A DNA stretch of 64,000 nucleotides. It comes from Dehalococcoidia bacterium (GTDB lineage: Bacteria > Chloroflexota > Dehalococcoidia > Lucifugimonadales > CATOSD01). Positions within the stretch are counted from its first letter, which is position 1, and the number at the start of each line of letters is the position of its first letter. Positions 20,117 to 29,800 of the stretch are shown here, piece by piece. Made by a program: the position numbers and the translations under genes. Below the pieces are notes generated by a model. That model did not search any database. It was not told where the DNA came from and was given only the letters and a program-made list of their open reading frames with translations. The stretch lies in the NCBI GenBank assembly GCA_034422735.1, contig DAOUJL010000039.1, positions 100,136 through 164,135 on the forward strand, in the 5' to 3' direction.

Positions 20117-21709
20117 CTACTCCCACTCTATCGTCCCCGGCGGCTTGCTGGTGATGTCGTACACGACCCTGTTCACGCCCGGAACCTCGTTGGCGATGCG
20201 GGTGGAGATTCGCGCCAGCACGTCGTAGGGCAGCCGCGCCCAGTCGGCGGTCATGGCGTCGCTGCTGGTCACCGCGCGCACGGCGATCACGTAGTCGTAG
20301 GTGCGATAGTCGCCCATCACGCCCACGGTGTGCGTGTCGGTGAGCACCGCGAAGCTCTGCCAAAGCTCGCGGTAGAGGCCGGCAGACTCGATCTCCCGCA
20401 TGACGATCCAGTCCGCGGCGCGCAGCGTCTCCAGCTTCTCGTGGGTCACGTCGCCGATGATGCGAATCGCCAGACCGGGGCCGGGGAACGGCTGGCGGTA
20501 CACGATGTCCTCGGACAGGCCCAGCTCCAAGCCGACCTGCCGCGCCTCATCCTTGAACAGGTACCGCAGCGGCTCGACCAGCTTCAGCCTCATGTGCTCC
20601 GGCAGCCCGCCCACGTTGTGGTGGGACTTGATCCGCGCGCCCTCCTTGCTCTCGGGCGTCTTGCTCTCGATGACATCGGGGTACAGCGTGCCCTGCGCCA
20701 GGTAGTCCACGCTGCCGATGCCGGTGGCCTGCTGGTCGAACACGCGGATGAACTCCTCGCCGATGATGAGCCGCTTTCGCTCCGGGTCCGCAACGCCGCG
20801 CAGCGCGCCGAGAAAGCCCTCGGTGGCGTCGACGTGCACCAGGTTCAGGTCCAGGCCCTCGAACACGTCCACTATCTGCTCCGGCTCGCCCTGCCGCATC
20901 AGCCCGTTGTCCACGAACACGCACGTGAGCTGGTCGCCGATGGCGCGGTGCACCAGCGCGGCGGTGACCGCGGAGTCGACGCCGCCGGAGAGCGCGCAGA
21001 TGACCCTGCCGTCCCCGACGGTCTCGCGTATCTCGCTCACCGAGCGCTCCACGAAGCTGGCCGCGGACCACTCCCCCTCGCAGCCGCAGACCTTGAACAG
21101 GAAGTTCTCCAGCAGCGCCTTGCCCAGCGGCGTGTGCTCCACCTCCGCGTGGAACTGGATGCCGTAGGCGCCCCGGCCGTTTCCGAGCGCCGCGATGGGC
21201 GAGTTGTCGGAGTGGGCTAGCGGCTCGAAGCCGGGCGGGGCAGCGGTGATGTGGTCGCCGTGGCTCATCCACACCGGGAACGAGTCGGGCAGCCCGTCGA
21301 ACAGGGGACTGTCCGCGCCGTTCAGGTGTAGCGTGGCCGGCCCGTACTCCCTGGCGTCCGTCCGTCCCACGCCGCCTCCGAGCTGGTGCACCATCGCCTG
21401 CATCCCGTAGCAGATGCCCAGCACCGGCAACCCGCCGTCGTACACCCAGCCGGGTGCGAGCGGCGCGCCCTCCTCGTAGACGCTGGCCGGTCCGCCGGAG
21501 AGTATCACGCCCTTGGGGTTCAGGCGCTCCACGTCCTCCCAGGCGGCGTCGTGCGGCACTATCTCGCAGAACACCCGGCACTCGCGCACCCTCCGCGCTA
21601 TGAGGCGGCTGTACTGCGACCCGAAGTCGATTACCAGCACCGCCTCGCGCGGTGAGCTTTCGGTTGGCTCGACCAAACGACTCACCTCTGTAAGCAGGCC
21701 AAAGGCCAT
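20117..21709 (-). CDS. guaA: GMP synthase (glutamine-hydrolysing)
   Basis: GATase ([20 protein letters not shown]...GICYGMQ) plus an ATP-PPase domain (SGGVDS). The C-terminus is ...GTIEWE. ATG 21709 is preferred, although the ORF is open to 21736. Confidence 0.95.
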   Translation of the reverse strand: MAFGLLTEVSRLVEPTESSPREAVLVIDFGSQYSRLIARRVRECRVFCEIVPHDAAWEDVERLNPKGVILSGGPASVYEEGAPLAPGWVYDGGLPVLGICYGMQAMVHQLGGGVGRTDAREYGPATLHLNGADSPLFDGLPDSFPVWMSHGDHITAAPPGFEPLAHSDNSPIAALGNGRGAYGIQFHAEVEHTPLGKALLENFLFKVCGCEGEWSAASFVERSVSEIRETVGDGRVICALSGGVDSAVTAALVHRAIGDQLTCVFVDNGLMRQGEPEQIVDVFEGLDLNLVHVDATEGFLGALRGVADPERKRLIIGEEFIRVFDQQATGIGSVDYLAQGTLYPDVIESKTPESKEGARIKSHHNVGGLPEHMRLKLVEPLRYLFKDEARQVGLELGLSEDIVYRQPFPGPGLAIRIIGDVTHEKLETLRAADWIVMREIESAGLYRELWQSFAVLTDTHTVGVMGDYRTYDYVIAVRAVTSSDAMTADWARLPYDVLARISTRIANEVPGVNRVVYDITSKPPGTIEWE

Positions 21710-21738
21710 ATGCCTGAAGCCAAATGAAGGTAACATTT

Positions 21739-21748
21739 ATGCTACAAT
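21739..21748 (+). promoter_or_regulatory. extended -10 promoter candidate (TGcTACAAT) for tsaC
   Basis: TGCTACAAT ends 12 nt before ATG 21761. This would give a very short or absent leader. It lies in the only AT-rich patch of the 48-nt guaA/tsaC divergent spacer. Confidence 0.3.
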
Positions 21749-21757
21749 CTATCAACC

Positions 21758-22417
21758 TTGATGCCGAACCAATCCCCCAGCGCCGACCCCTCCGCCAACC
21801 CTCTCCCGGCACAGATAGAGGCCGCCGCCGAGCACCTGCGAAGCGGCGGAGTGGCGGCGATTCCCACCGACACCATCTACGGACTGGCGGCGAACGCGCT
21901 GGACGAGCGCGCCGTGGAGCGCGTGTTCCGGCTGAAGCGCCGGCCCTCGGGCATGGCGCTGCCGCTGCTCATCGCCGACGCCGCCGACCTGGACCGCTGG
22001 GCGCGCGGCGTCCCGGACGTGGCGCGCCTGCTGGCCGAGCGCTTCTGGCCGGGCGCGCTGACGCTGGTGCTACGCAAGGCGCCGGACGTCCCGCACGTCG
22101 CCACCGGCGGGCTGGACACCGTGGCGCTGCGTGTGCCGGCGCACGACACCCCGCGCGAGCTGGCGCGGCTGCTCGGGTGCCCGGTGACGGGCACCAGCGC
22201 CAACCGCAGCGGACGCCCGGGACTCACCGACGCCAACGAGGTGCGCCGCGAGTTCGAGGGCGAGTGCTGCATGGTGGTCGACGGCCGCTGCGACGGCGGC
22301 GTCGCCTCCACGCTCGTGGATCTGTCCGGCGCGCAGCCGCGAATCCTGCGCCAGGGGGCCGTCACGCGCGCCGCCCTGTCCGAGGTCTGCCCCGGCATCG
22401 CGGCAGCGGACGGGTAG
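21758..22417 (+). CDS. tsaC: L-threonylcarbamoyladenylate synthase (YrdC/TsaC family)
   Basis: 219 aa with GGVAAIPTDTIYGLAANA...RPSGMALPLLI...LRVP.H motifs. Confidence 0.85.
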   Translation: MMPNQSPSADPSANPLPAQIEAAAEHLRSGGVAAIPTDTIYGLAANALDERAVERVFRLKRRPSGMALPLLIADAADLDRWARGVPDVARLLAERFWPGALTLVLRKAPDVPHVATGGLDTVALRVPAHDTPRELARLLGCPVTGTSANRSGRPGLTDANEVRREFEGECCMVVDGRCDGGVASTLVDLSGAQPRILRQGAVTRAALSEVCPGIAAADG

Positions 22418-22437
22418 GGTCGCCTGAATTCCAAAGG

Positions 22438-23448
22438 ATGCAGTTGACGAACATAGAAGACCTTTCCGCCCAGGTAGAGGACGCGCTCAAAGACGCGGTA
22501 ACCGGCCGCGACATGCCGCTGTACGACATGATGGCCTACCACCTGGGCTGGGCCGCTGAACCGGGCGAACCCGGCCCGGCCCGGCCCAGATTCCGAGCGC
22601 TGGGGGCGCTCTGCCTGCTCGCATGCCGCGCGGCGGGAGGCGACGCCAGGCTCGCGCTGCCCGCCGCCGCCGCCGTGGAGCTGGTGGTGAACTTCTGCGA
22701 GATTCACGAGGACGTGCAGGCCGGCGCGCCCGCGAGAGGCGTCCGCGAGACCGTCTGGTGGAAGTGGGGACCCGCGCAGGCGATCAACGCCGGGGACGGG
22801 ATGCACGCGCTCGCCAGGCTCACGCTGTTTGGCTTGCAGGATGCGGGACTGTCGGCGGAGGCCACCTTCCGCGCCGTGCAGGTCCTGGACGAGGCCAGCC
22901 TCCGCACCTGCGAGGGGCGATTCCTCGACCTCCAGGCCCAGGAGCGCATAGACCTGGCACTGGACGACTACCTGGAGATGGTGCGGCTCAAGTCCGGCGC
23001 GCTCGCCGCCTGCTCCTCCCGCCTCGGTGCGCTCGCCGCCTCCGCGGACGCGGCCGTATCGGACGCGCTGGCGTCGTGCGGCGAAAGCCTCGGCGTCGCC
23101 TCGCAGCTACGCGAGGACGTCCGGCTCTTCTGGGACCTGTCACCCGGAGGGTCGGAGCCGTACCCGGAAGTCGCCAACAAGATGAAGCTGCTGCCGGTGG
23201 TCTACGCCTTCTCCAACGCCAACGCGAACCAGAAGCGCCGCATGGGAGAGTTCTACTTCAAGCGCGTGCTCGAAGCGGACGACGTGGGCCGCCTCCGCGA
23301 GCTCGTGGACGAAATGGAGGTCCGCGACGCCTGCGAGGACCTGATAGCGCGCTACCGCGACGAGTCCGCGCGGGCGCTCGCCGAAGCGGGCGTCTCGGAC
23401 GAGGGCAGGGCGGCGATACAGGCCCTGTCCGACGAGCTGACCCGGTGA
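22438..23448 (+). CDS. polyprenyl synthetase-fold protein with degenerate Asp-rich motifs
   Basis: ATG 22438 (MQLTNIEDL...). The trans-IPPS pattern is present (AVELVVNFCEIHEDVQ..., AINAGDGMHA, KSGALAA, LGVASQLREDVRLF), but both DDxxD motifs read EDVQA and EDVRL. The 574-aa track ORF upstream of 22438 is out-of-frame read-through over tsaC. Confidence 0.65.
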   Translation: MQLTNIEDLSAQVEDALKDAVTGRDMPLYDMMAYHLGWAAEPGEPGPARPRFRALGALCLLACRAAGGDARLALPAAAAVELVVNFCEIHEDVQAGAPARGVRETVWWKWGPAQAINAGDGMHALARLTLFGLQDAGLSAEATFRAVQVLDEASLRTCEGRFLDLQAQERIDLALDDYLEMVRLKSGALAACSSRLGALAASADAAVSDALASCGESLGVASQLREDVRLFWDLSPGGSEPYPEVANKMKLLPVVYAFSNANANQKRRMGEFYFKRVLEADDVGRLRELVDEMEVRDACEDLIARYRDESARALAEAGVSDEGRAAIQALSDELTR

Positions 23449-23487
23449 CGCGGCGCAGCCCGCACCAATCAGGAAGAACCCATTAAA

Positions 23488-23526
23488 TCCCTTCCCCCTC
23501 GCAGGGGGAAGGTTAGGATGGGGGTG
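23488..23526 (+). repeat. family-A hairpin repeat (copy A3)
   Basis: tcccttccccctcgcagggggaaggttaggatgggggtg. The tail overlaps the annotated pgk start. Confidence 0.9.
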
Positions 23527-24729
23527 ACGCACTTGGCCGCCAAGCAAACCATCGAGGACATCCGCGTAGACAACCACACCGCCCTGGTGCGCGTCGACTA
23601 CAACGTGCCCTTCCGCCCCGGCACGACCGACATCTCCGACGACAGCCGCATCGCAGCCTCGCTGCCCACGCTCCGGTACCTGCTTGAGCGCGGATGCCGG
23701 CTGATAGTCTGCTCGCACCTCGGCCGCCCGCGCGGTCGCGTCGTGGAAGACCTCCGCATGGCCCCCGTGTCGGCGCGGCTGGCCGAGCTGCTCGGCGCGC
23801 CCGTCCGCCAGCTTGCGGACTGCGTAGGCCCCGATGTGATGGACGCCGTGGACGCCATGCGGCCCGGCGAGGTCGTCATGCTCGAAAACCTGCGTTTCCA
23901 CGCGGGCGAAGAGGCCAACGACGTCGAGTTCGCCACCGGCCTCGCCATGCCCGCGGACCTCTACGTCAACGACGCGTTCGGCGCCGCGCACCGCGCCCAC
24001 GCCTCCACCGAGGGCGTGGCCCGCCTGCTGCCCGCCGCGGCCGGCTTCCTCATGGCCAAGGAGCTTGCCATGCTCGGCCAGGCGCTGGACGAGCCGCGCC
24101 GCCCGTTCGCGGCCATCATGGGCGGCGCCAAGGTCTCGGACAAGATAGCCGTGCTCGAGAGCCTGGCGGCCAAGGTCGACAAGCTCATCATCGGCGGCGG
24201 CATGGCCGCGACTTTCTTCAAGGCGCAGGGCCTGCCCGTGGGCGACTCGCTCGTGGAGGACGAGTGGGTCCCGTTCGCCCGCGATTTTCTCGACAAGGCC
24301 CGCGAGACCGGCCTGCAGGTGCTGCTGCCCGTGGACGTCGTGGTCGCCGACGAGTTCGCCGAGCACGCCGAGAGCCGCGACGTAGGCGCGGGCGAGATTC
24401 CCGCCGGATGGCGCGTCATGGACGTCGGCCCGGCCAGCGCCGACGCCTTCGCGCGCGCCGTCGACGGCTGCGGCACCGTGCTCTGGAACGGCCCCATGGG
24501 CGTGTTCGAATGGAAAGACTTCTCGCGCGGCACCGTGCGTCTCGCCGAGGCGCTGGCCGCGCTGGCCGACGCCACCACCGTCGTAGGCGGCGGCTCCACC
24601 GCGGAGGCCGTACAGTCGCTGGGCTACGCCGACCGCATGACCCACGTATCCACCGGCGGCGGCGCGTCCCTCGAGTTCCTGGAGGGCAGGGAACTGCCCG
24701 GCGTAGCCGCCCTCCCGGACAAAACGTAG
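23518..24729 (+). CDS. pgk: phosphoglycerate kinase
   Basis: 403 aa with ...LVRVDYNVPF..., SHLGRP and GGGMAATF motifs. TTG 23533 (LAAKQTIEDI) is an alternative start just after the repeat tail. Confidence 0.95.
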   Translation: MGVTHLAAKQTIEDIRVDNHTALVRVDYNVPFRPGTTDISDDSRIAASLPTLRYLLERGCRLIVCSHLGRPRGRVVEDLRMAPVSARLAELLGAPVRQLADCVGPDVMDAVDAMRPGEVVMLENLRFHAGEEANDVEFATGLAMPADLYVNDAFGAAHRAHASTEGVARLLPAAAGFLMAKELAMLGQALDEPRRPFAAIMGGAKVSDKIAVLESLAAKVDKLIIGGGMAATFFKAQGLPVGDSLVEDEWVPFARDFLDKARETGLQVLLPVDVVVADEFAEHAESRDVGAGEIPAGWRVMDVGPASADAFARAVDGCGTVLWNGPMGVFEWKDFSRGTVRLAEALAALADATTVVGGGSTAEAVQSLGYADRMTHVSTGGGASLEFLEGRELPGVAALPDKT

Positions 24730-24738
24730 CCTCCATAA

Positions 24739-24778
24739 GTCCCCTCTCCCTTGATGGGAGAGGGCTAGGGTGAGGGTG
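24739..24778 (+). repeat. family-B hairpin repeat (copy B2)
   Basis: gtcccctctcccttgatgggagagggctagggtgagggtg, preceded by ctccataa. It forms a tandem B-A doublet with A4. Confidence 0.9.
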
Positions 24779-24796
24779 AACCCCCGCACTCCATAA

Positions 24797-24836
24797 GTCC
24801 CTTCCCCCTCGCAGGGGGAAGGTTAGGATGGGGGTG
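24797..24836 (+). repeat. family-A hairpin repeat (copy A4)
   Basis: gtcccttccccctcgcagggggaaggttaggatgggggtg, preceded by the same ctccataa prefix as B2. Confidence 0.9.
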
Positions 24837-24850
24837 AAAGAGAGACAACC

Positions 24851-26056
24851 TTGATAGACCTTCCCTTCCTGGACGAAATCGCCCGCCCCACGCCGTCCCG
24901 CATCATCATGCTCGTCGTCGACGGCCTCGGCGGCGCGCCCCACCCCGATACGCGCAAGACGGAGCTTGAGACCGCGCGCCTGCCCAACCTGGACGCCCTG
25001 GCGGCCCAGAGCGCGACAGGCCTCACCACGCCGGTGCTTCCGGGCATCACCCCCGGCAGCGGACCCGGCCACATGGCCCTGTTCGGCTACGACCCCGTCA
25101 AGTACCTGATGGGTCGCGGCGTCCTGGAGGCGCTCGGCTCCGGCATCGAGATGGCCGCGGGCGACGTCGCCGCGCGCGGCAACTTCTGCACTGTCGACGC
25201 CAGCGGCGTGATAACCGACCGCCGCGCCGGACGCATCCCCACCGCGGAGAGCGCGCCGCTGGTCAAGCTGCTCGACGGCATCGAGGCGCCCGGCGTGGAC
25301 GTGTCCGTGTACCCCGTGCAGGACTACCGCTTCGTCCTGCTGCTGCGCGGCGACGGCCTCAGCGACGCCATCACCGGCACCGACCCGCAGGTGGAGGGCG
25401 CCGCCCCGCTCGAATCGCAGCCGCTCAGCGACGACGCCCGCAAGACCGCCGACGCGGTGAACCGCTTCTCCCGGTCCGCGCGCGCCGTCCTGGCCGGACG
25501 CGAGCGCGCCAACATGGTGGTGATGCGCGGCTTCTCCGGCGTGCCCGACCTGCCGGACTTCGGTGCTTGTTACCGGCTCAACCCGGCCGCCATCGCCGCC
25601 TATCCCATGTACCGCGGCCTGGCGCAGCTCGTGGGCATGAGAATCGTCCCCACGGGCGGCGACTTCGATGCCGAGCTGGAAACGCTGGAGGCCGTCTCCG
25701 CCGACCACGACTTCATCTTCCTGCACTACAAGCCCGCCGACGCCGCGGGCGAAGACGGCGACTTCGACGCCAAGGTGCGCGCGCTGGAGGCGCTGGACGC
25801 CCGCATCCCCCGCCTGCTGGCCACCAACCCCGACGTGCTCGTCGTGGCGGGCGACCACTCCACGCCCGCCATCGTAGTCGGCCATAGCTGGCACCCCGTG
25901 CCCCTGCTCATCCGCTCGCGGTTCACCCACGGCGAGGGCGTCTCCGCGTTCTCCGAGCCTGCCTTCCGCGCCGGCTCCCTCGGCTCGCTACCCGCCGAGA
26001 ACGTCATGCTCCTCGCAATGGCCCACGCCGAAAAGCTCAACAAGTACGGCCCGTAG
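24851..26056 (+). CDS. apgM: cofactor-independent phosphoglycerate mutase, archaeal-type (ApgM family)
   Basis: 401 aa with ...IIMLVVDGLGG...TPNLDALA..., DFIFLHYKPADAAGEDGDF and VVAGDHSTP motifs. Confidence 0.85.
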   Translation: MIDLPFLDEIARPTPSRIIMLVVDGLGGAPHPDTRKTELETARLPNLDALAAQSATGLTTPVLPGITPGSGPGHMALFGYDPVKYLMGRGVLEALGSGIEMAAGDVAARGNFCTVDASGVITDRRAGRIPTAESAPLVKLLDGIEAPGVDVSVYPVQDYRFVLLLRGDGLSDAITGTDPQVEGAAPLESQPLSDDARKTADAVNRFSRSARAVLAGRERANMVVMRGFSGVPDLPDFGACYRLNPAAIAAYPMYRGLAQLVGMRIVPTGGDFDAELETLEAVSADHDFIFLHYKPADAAGEDGDFDAKVRALEALDARIPRLLATNPDVLVVAGDHSTPAIVVGHSWHPVPLLIRSRFTHGEGVSAFSEPAFRAGSLGSLPAENVMLLAMAHAEKLNKYGP

Positions 26057-26065
26057 GGGGTAACC

Positions 26066-27721
26066 ATGAGAGTGGATCAGAGCGACCACGTCCAGCGTGA
26101 TCCAGAAGCCGAGTCTTGGGACGAATTCGTTGCACGCGCCAAAGCGATTTCCTTCAACGATGAACTGATTCAGGGTGACATCATCCCTAAGCTCAGGACG
26201 AGTAAGAGGTTGAATGAGGCGCGCGAAGCGGTACTCAAAGGGAGTCGCGATTGGCCAGATGTCGTTAAGAGGAAGGCAATTCCATCCGTACAGTACCCAA
26301 TCATCAACGTAAATGGCCAGATAGCACTCAGGAATTGGATCGACGCATCCCCAGACGAAGCGCTACAGGCGTTACATGAGATATGGACACCTCGCCGTGC
26401 GTCTATTCCAGAACGGATCCACGCGTTCTGCGAACACTTCCCCCGAAGCATACCGGGAGGCAGTGGAACACGGACAACAACCATCTCACAGCTGCTTATG
26501 GCATTGGACGCTGAACAATATCCGCCGTACAAAACCGAGGCGTTCAAATTGGCATATAGACGTACCGGGTACGAAGTACCACCCCAGCGTGCGAGTGAAG
26601 TTGCTCTGTACGAACATGCGCTTGGCTTCCTCGACCGGTTCATACATGAAGCAATGGTTCGCGGACTGGAGTTGCATCACAGATTGCACGCTCAGTCCTT
26701 AGTCTGGCTTAGCCAGTACCCCGAGAATTGGAATCTCGTAGATGATGAGGAATGTACTTGGTCAATCCCCAGGTCGTCAGATTACCTGACTGGCCTAGAC
26801 GAAGACCTGGACTTACTCGCCGATTACCTCTTCCTTCCCGAGGACTTCCTGCGCGAAATCGAGGCTCTGCTCAAGGACAAAAAGCAGGTCATTTTCCAGG
26901 GCCCGCCGGGCACAAGTAAGACCTACGTCGCGCAGGAGCTGGCCGCCCATCTCGCTGGGTGGGCAGGCCGCGTGACCCTCGTGCAGTTTCACCCCTCCTA
27001 CGCTTACGAGGACTTCGTACAGGGGTTTCGCCCGACGTTGCAGGGCAATCAGGCGGGCTTCGATCTGCGGAACGGACCGCTGTTGCGAGTCGCCGAGCGA
27101 GCGCGGGAGGAACCGGACGAAAAGCACTTCCTCATCATCGACGAGATAAACCGAGGTAACCTATCGAAGGTGTTCGGCGAGTTGTACTACCTTCTGGAGT
27201 ACCGCGACGAGGAGATCACGCTCCAGTACCAGGGGGACCGGGGCAGGAAGTTCTCGCTGCCGCCCAACCTCTACATCATCGGGACGATGAACACGGCCGA
27301 CCGCTCCATCGCAAGGGTGGACCTTGCTCTGCGCCGCCGCTTCTACTTCGTTGAGTTCCATCCCGACGACGAGCCGGTCAAGGGCTTGCTACGCCGCTGG
27401 CTGAGAGACAAAGCTCGCCACATGGAATGGGTCGCCGACGTGGTCGAGCACGCGAACGATCTGCTGGAGCGCGACCGGCACGCCGCCATCGGCCCCAGCT
27501 ACTTCATGGTGAAAGGCGACCTGAACTACGATGTGGTGGAACGTATATGGAAACACAGCGTCCTCCCGTACATCGAGGAATTGCGTTTCGGCGACGCCAA
27601 GGTCAGGGAGGACTTTGATCTCTGGAGACTCAAGAGGCTATCTTCTTCGGCTGCCCAGCCTGAGGATGTCGCGGAAGACCAGAACAGCGGTGATGGTGGC
27701 GCGGACGATGCCCAATCTTGA
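26066..27721 (+). CDS. mcrB: McrB-family AAA+ GTPase (type IV restriction, motor subunit) with unrecognised N-terminal domain
   Basis: 551 aa with Walker A FQGPPGTSKTY, Walker B LIIDEINRGN and the McrB-specific MNTADRS (NxxD-like) and ALRRRF motifs. The first ~270 aa are helical, AT-richer and unlike the E. coli McrB DNA-binding domain. Confidence 0.85.
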   Translation: MRVDQSDHVQRDPEAESWDEFVARAKAISFNDELIQGDIIPKLRTSKRLNEAREAVLKGSRDWPDVVKRKAIPSVQYPIINVNGQIALRNWIDASPDEALQALHEIWTPRRASIPERIHAFCEHFPRSIPGGSGTRTTTISQLLMALDAEQYPPYKTEAFKLAYRRTGYEVPPQRASEVALYEHALGFLDRFIHEAMVRGLELHHRLHAQSLVWLSQYPENWNLVDDEECTWSIPRSSDYLTGLDEDLDLLADYLFLPEDFLREIEALLKDKKQVIFQGPPGTSKTYVAQELAAHLAGWAGRVTLVQFHPSYAYEDFVQGFRPTLQGNQAGFDLRNGPLLRVAERAREEPDEKHFLIIDEINRGNLSKVFGELYYLLEYRDEEITLQYQGDRGRKFSLPPNLYIIGTMNTADRSIARVDLALRRRFYFVEFHPDDEPVKGLLRRWLRDKARHMEWVADVVEHANDLLERDRHAAIGPSYFMVKGDLNYDVVERIWKHSVLPYIEELRFGDAKVREDFDLWRLKRLSSSAAQPEDVAEDQNSGDGGADDAQS

Positions 27722-28943
27722 TCTGACGGAATACGAGCGGAGCCGTCCGTACGGCCTCTCATCAGCCGCGCGAGACGATCTCAAGGCCGCACTTCCATCG
27801 CTCACCGTAGAGCCGGCGGAAGGTGCGGACGCCGCCTACCACGTCACCCCGTCCTCCACCGTCGGCGCGGTGGACATAGACGGCCTGTCCGTCCTCATCC
27901 GGCCCAAGATAGGCATTACCCAGCTACTGTCGCTGGCCTGCTACGCCATGGGCGTGTACAAGCCACAGGAGCAGCACCTGTTCGACTTCGAGGAGGAGGC
28001 CGCGCTCCCCGACACCCTGGCCCTCGCGCTCGCCGCCGCGGCCCGCAGGGCGTTCGCGCGCGGCCTGCTGCACGGCTACCGCACCGAGGAGGAGGCGCTG
28101 TACGCCGTAAGGGGACGTATCCGGTTCGACGAGCAGATCCGGCGCAGGTTCGGCATCCCCATGCCCGTGGAGGTGCGCTACGACGAGTTCACCGACGACA
28201 TCACCGAAAACCGGCTCGTGAAGGCGGCCGTCGCGCGGCTCGGCGAGATGCGACTGCGCTCGTCCCAGGCGCGGCGCGGCCTGGGCTGGACCGCCGCGAT
28301 GCTCGAGAACGTCTCGCTCGTCGAGTACGGCCCGAGAGACGTGCCCGACGTGACCTTTGACAGGCTGAACGACCACTACCGAGGCGTAGTCGGCCTGTCG
28401 CGCCTCGTCCTGCGGCACAGCGCGTTCGAGGCAAAGCGCGGTAAAGTGCGCGCCACCGGCTTCCTGATGGACATGAACACGCTCTTCCAGGAGTTCGTCA
28501 CCGTGGCGCTACGGGAGTCGTTGCAGGTCTCGGCGAACGTATTCTGCTCCGACAGGCAACTCACTGGCAGCCGTCGCATCCACCTTGCAGATAACGACCG
28601 CGTGCGACTCTGGCCCGACCTCACCTGGTGGGACGCCAACACCTGCACGTTTGTGGGCGACGCCAAGTACAAGACGGTAAGTGAGAACGGCGTCCCCAGT
28701 GCGGATTTGTACCAACTGCTGGCCTACGTGACCGCGCTGGAACTGCCCGGCGGACTGCTGGTCTACGCGGAAGGCGAGGCGGACGCGGCCAGCTATCGCG
28801 TCCGCCACTCCGGCAAGCTGCTCGAGATCGCAACGCTGGATCTGTCCGGCACGCTCGACGACGTGCTGGGGCGCGTCTGCCGCGTGGCCGCCAGGATTGG
28901 CGAATTGCGCGATGAGGCCCGGAGGCGCCAGCCCGCCGCGTAA
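27708..28943 (+). CDS. mcrC: McrC-family PD-(D/E)xK endonuclease subunit
   Basis: ATG 27708 overlaps the mcrB end by 14 nt. The protein is 411 aa and carries ...PDLTWWD...FVGDAKYK..., the McrC nuclease motif. Confidence 0.8.
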   Translation: MPNLDLTEYERSRPYGLSSAARDDLKAALPSLTVEPAEGADAAYHVTPSSTVGAVDIDGLSVLIRPKIGITQLLSLACYAMGVYKPQEQHLFDFEEEAALPDTLALALAAAARRAFARGLLHGYRTEEEALYAVRGRIRFDEQIRRRFGIPMPVEVRYDEFTDDITENRLVKAAVARLGEMRLRSSQARRGLGWTAAMLENVSLVEYGPRDVPDVTFDRLNDHYRGVVGLSRLVLRHSAFEAKRGKVRATGFLMDMNTLFQEFVTVALRESLQVSANVFCSDRQLTGSRRIHLADNDRVRLWPDLTWWDANTCTFVGDAKYKTVSENGVPSADLYQLLAYVTALELPGGLLVYAEGEADAASYRVRHSGKLLEIATLDLSGTLDDVLGRVCRVAARIGELRDEARRRQPAA

Positions 28944-29011
28944 CCGCGTCCAGGCAAAATCGCCTATACTGGACGGCGAACCAGCAACATTCGCCTGACA
29001 GGAGTCCCGCC

Positions 29012-29767
29012 TTGCGAACCACCATCATCGCCGGCAACTGGAAGATGTTTACCACCCGACAGGAAGCCATCTCGCTCGTCGAGCAGATGCGCGACGGTCT
29101 CGACGCCGTGGAGGGCGTCACCTCGCTTGTGTGCCCGCCGTTCGTGCACCTGGAGGCCGTCGCGGATGCGCTGCGCGGCACGTCCGTTGCCTTGGGCGCG
29201 CAGAACATGCACCCCGAAAGCTCCGGCGCCTTCACCGGCGAGGTCTCGCCCGACATGCTCGCTGACCTGTGCCAGTACGTCATCCTGGGCCACTCCGAGC
29301 GGCGGGAGCTGTTCGGCGAGACGGACGAGTTCATCAACCGCAAGGTGTTGGCCGCGCTCGCCGCCGGCCTGCGGCCCATCCTGTGCGTCGGCGAGCGTCT
29401 GGAGCAACGCGAGGGCGGGGAAGCGGAAGCCGTCGTCGAGCGCCAGGTAGCCCTCGGACTGGAGGGCGTCGAGGACGCCACGTCGCTCGTCGTCGCCTAC
29501 GAGCCGGTCTGGGCCATCGGGACGGGCAGGGCGGCCACCCCGGACGTGGCGCAGTCCATGATGGCGACAATTCGCGGCGCGCTGGCCGCCCGTTTCGGTG
29601 AGGACGCGGCCGGCGAAGTCCCGCTGCTGTACGGCGGCAGCGTTAATCCCGGCAACGCCGAAGACTACGCCCGCCAGCCGGACGTCAACGGCGCGCTCGT
29701 CGGCGGCGCCAGCCTCGACGCCGAAGCGTTCACGCAGATAGCGCGGCTGGCGGCCCAGGCAGGCTGA
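29012..29767 (+). CDS. tpiA: triosephosphate isomerase
   Basis: 251 aa with IIAGNWKM, ILGHSERR and AYEPVWAIGTG motifs. Confidence 0.95.
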   Translation: MRTTIIAGNWKMFTTRQEAISLVEQMRDGLDAVEGVTSLVCPPFVHLEAVADALRGTSVALGAQNMHPESSGAFTGEVSPDMLADLCQYVILGHSERRELFGETDEFINRKVLAALAAGLRPILCVGERLEQREGGEAEAVVERQVALGLEGVEDATSLVVAYEPVWAIGTGRAATPDVAQSMMATIRGALAARFGEDAAGEVPLLYGGSVNPGNAEDYARQPDVNGALVGGASLDAEAFTQIARLAAQAG

Positions 29768-29800
29768 CGCGGCCAACCGCCCCGGCGCCTGGCCGGCACC

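Noticed and set aside
21724-22437. The 5' part of the 574-aa ORF 21724..23448, which overlaps tsaC.
   Set aside because: This part is an Arg/Ala/Gly-rich out-of-frame read-through of tsaC. Only the segment from ATG 22438 shows a real (polyprenyl synthase) pattern.
26059-28946. GTAACC present at both junctions of the mcrBC insert (26059-26064 and 28941-28946) as a possible target-site duplication.
   Set aside because: A 6-nt match is expected by chance at this scale, and one copy overlaps the mcrC stop codon. It is noted only as a weak hint.
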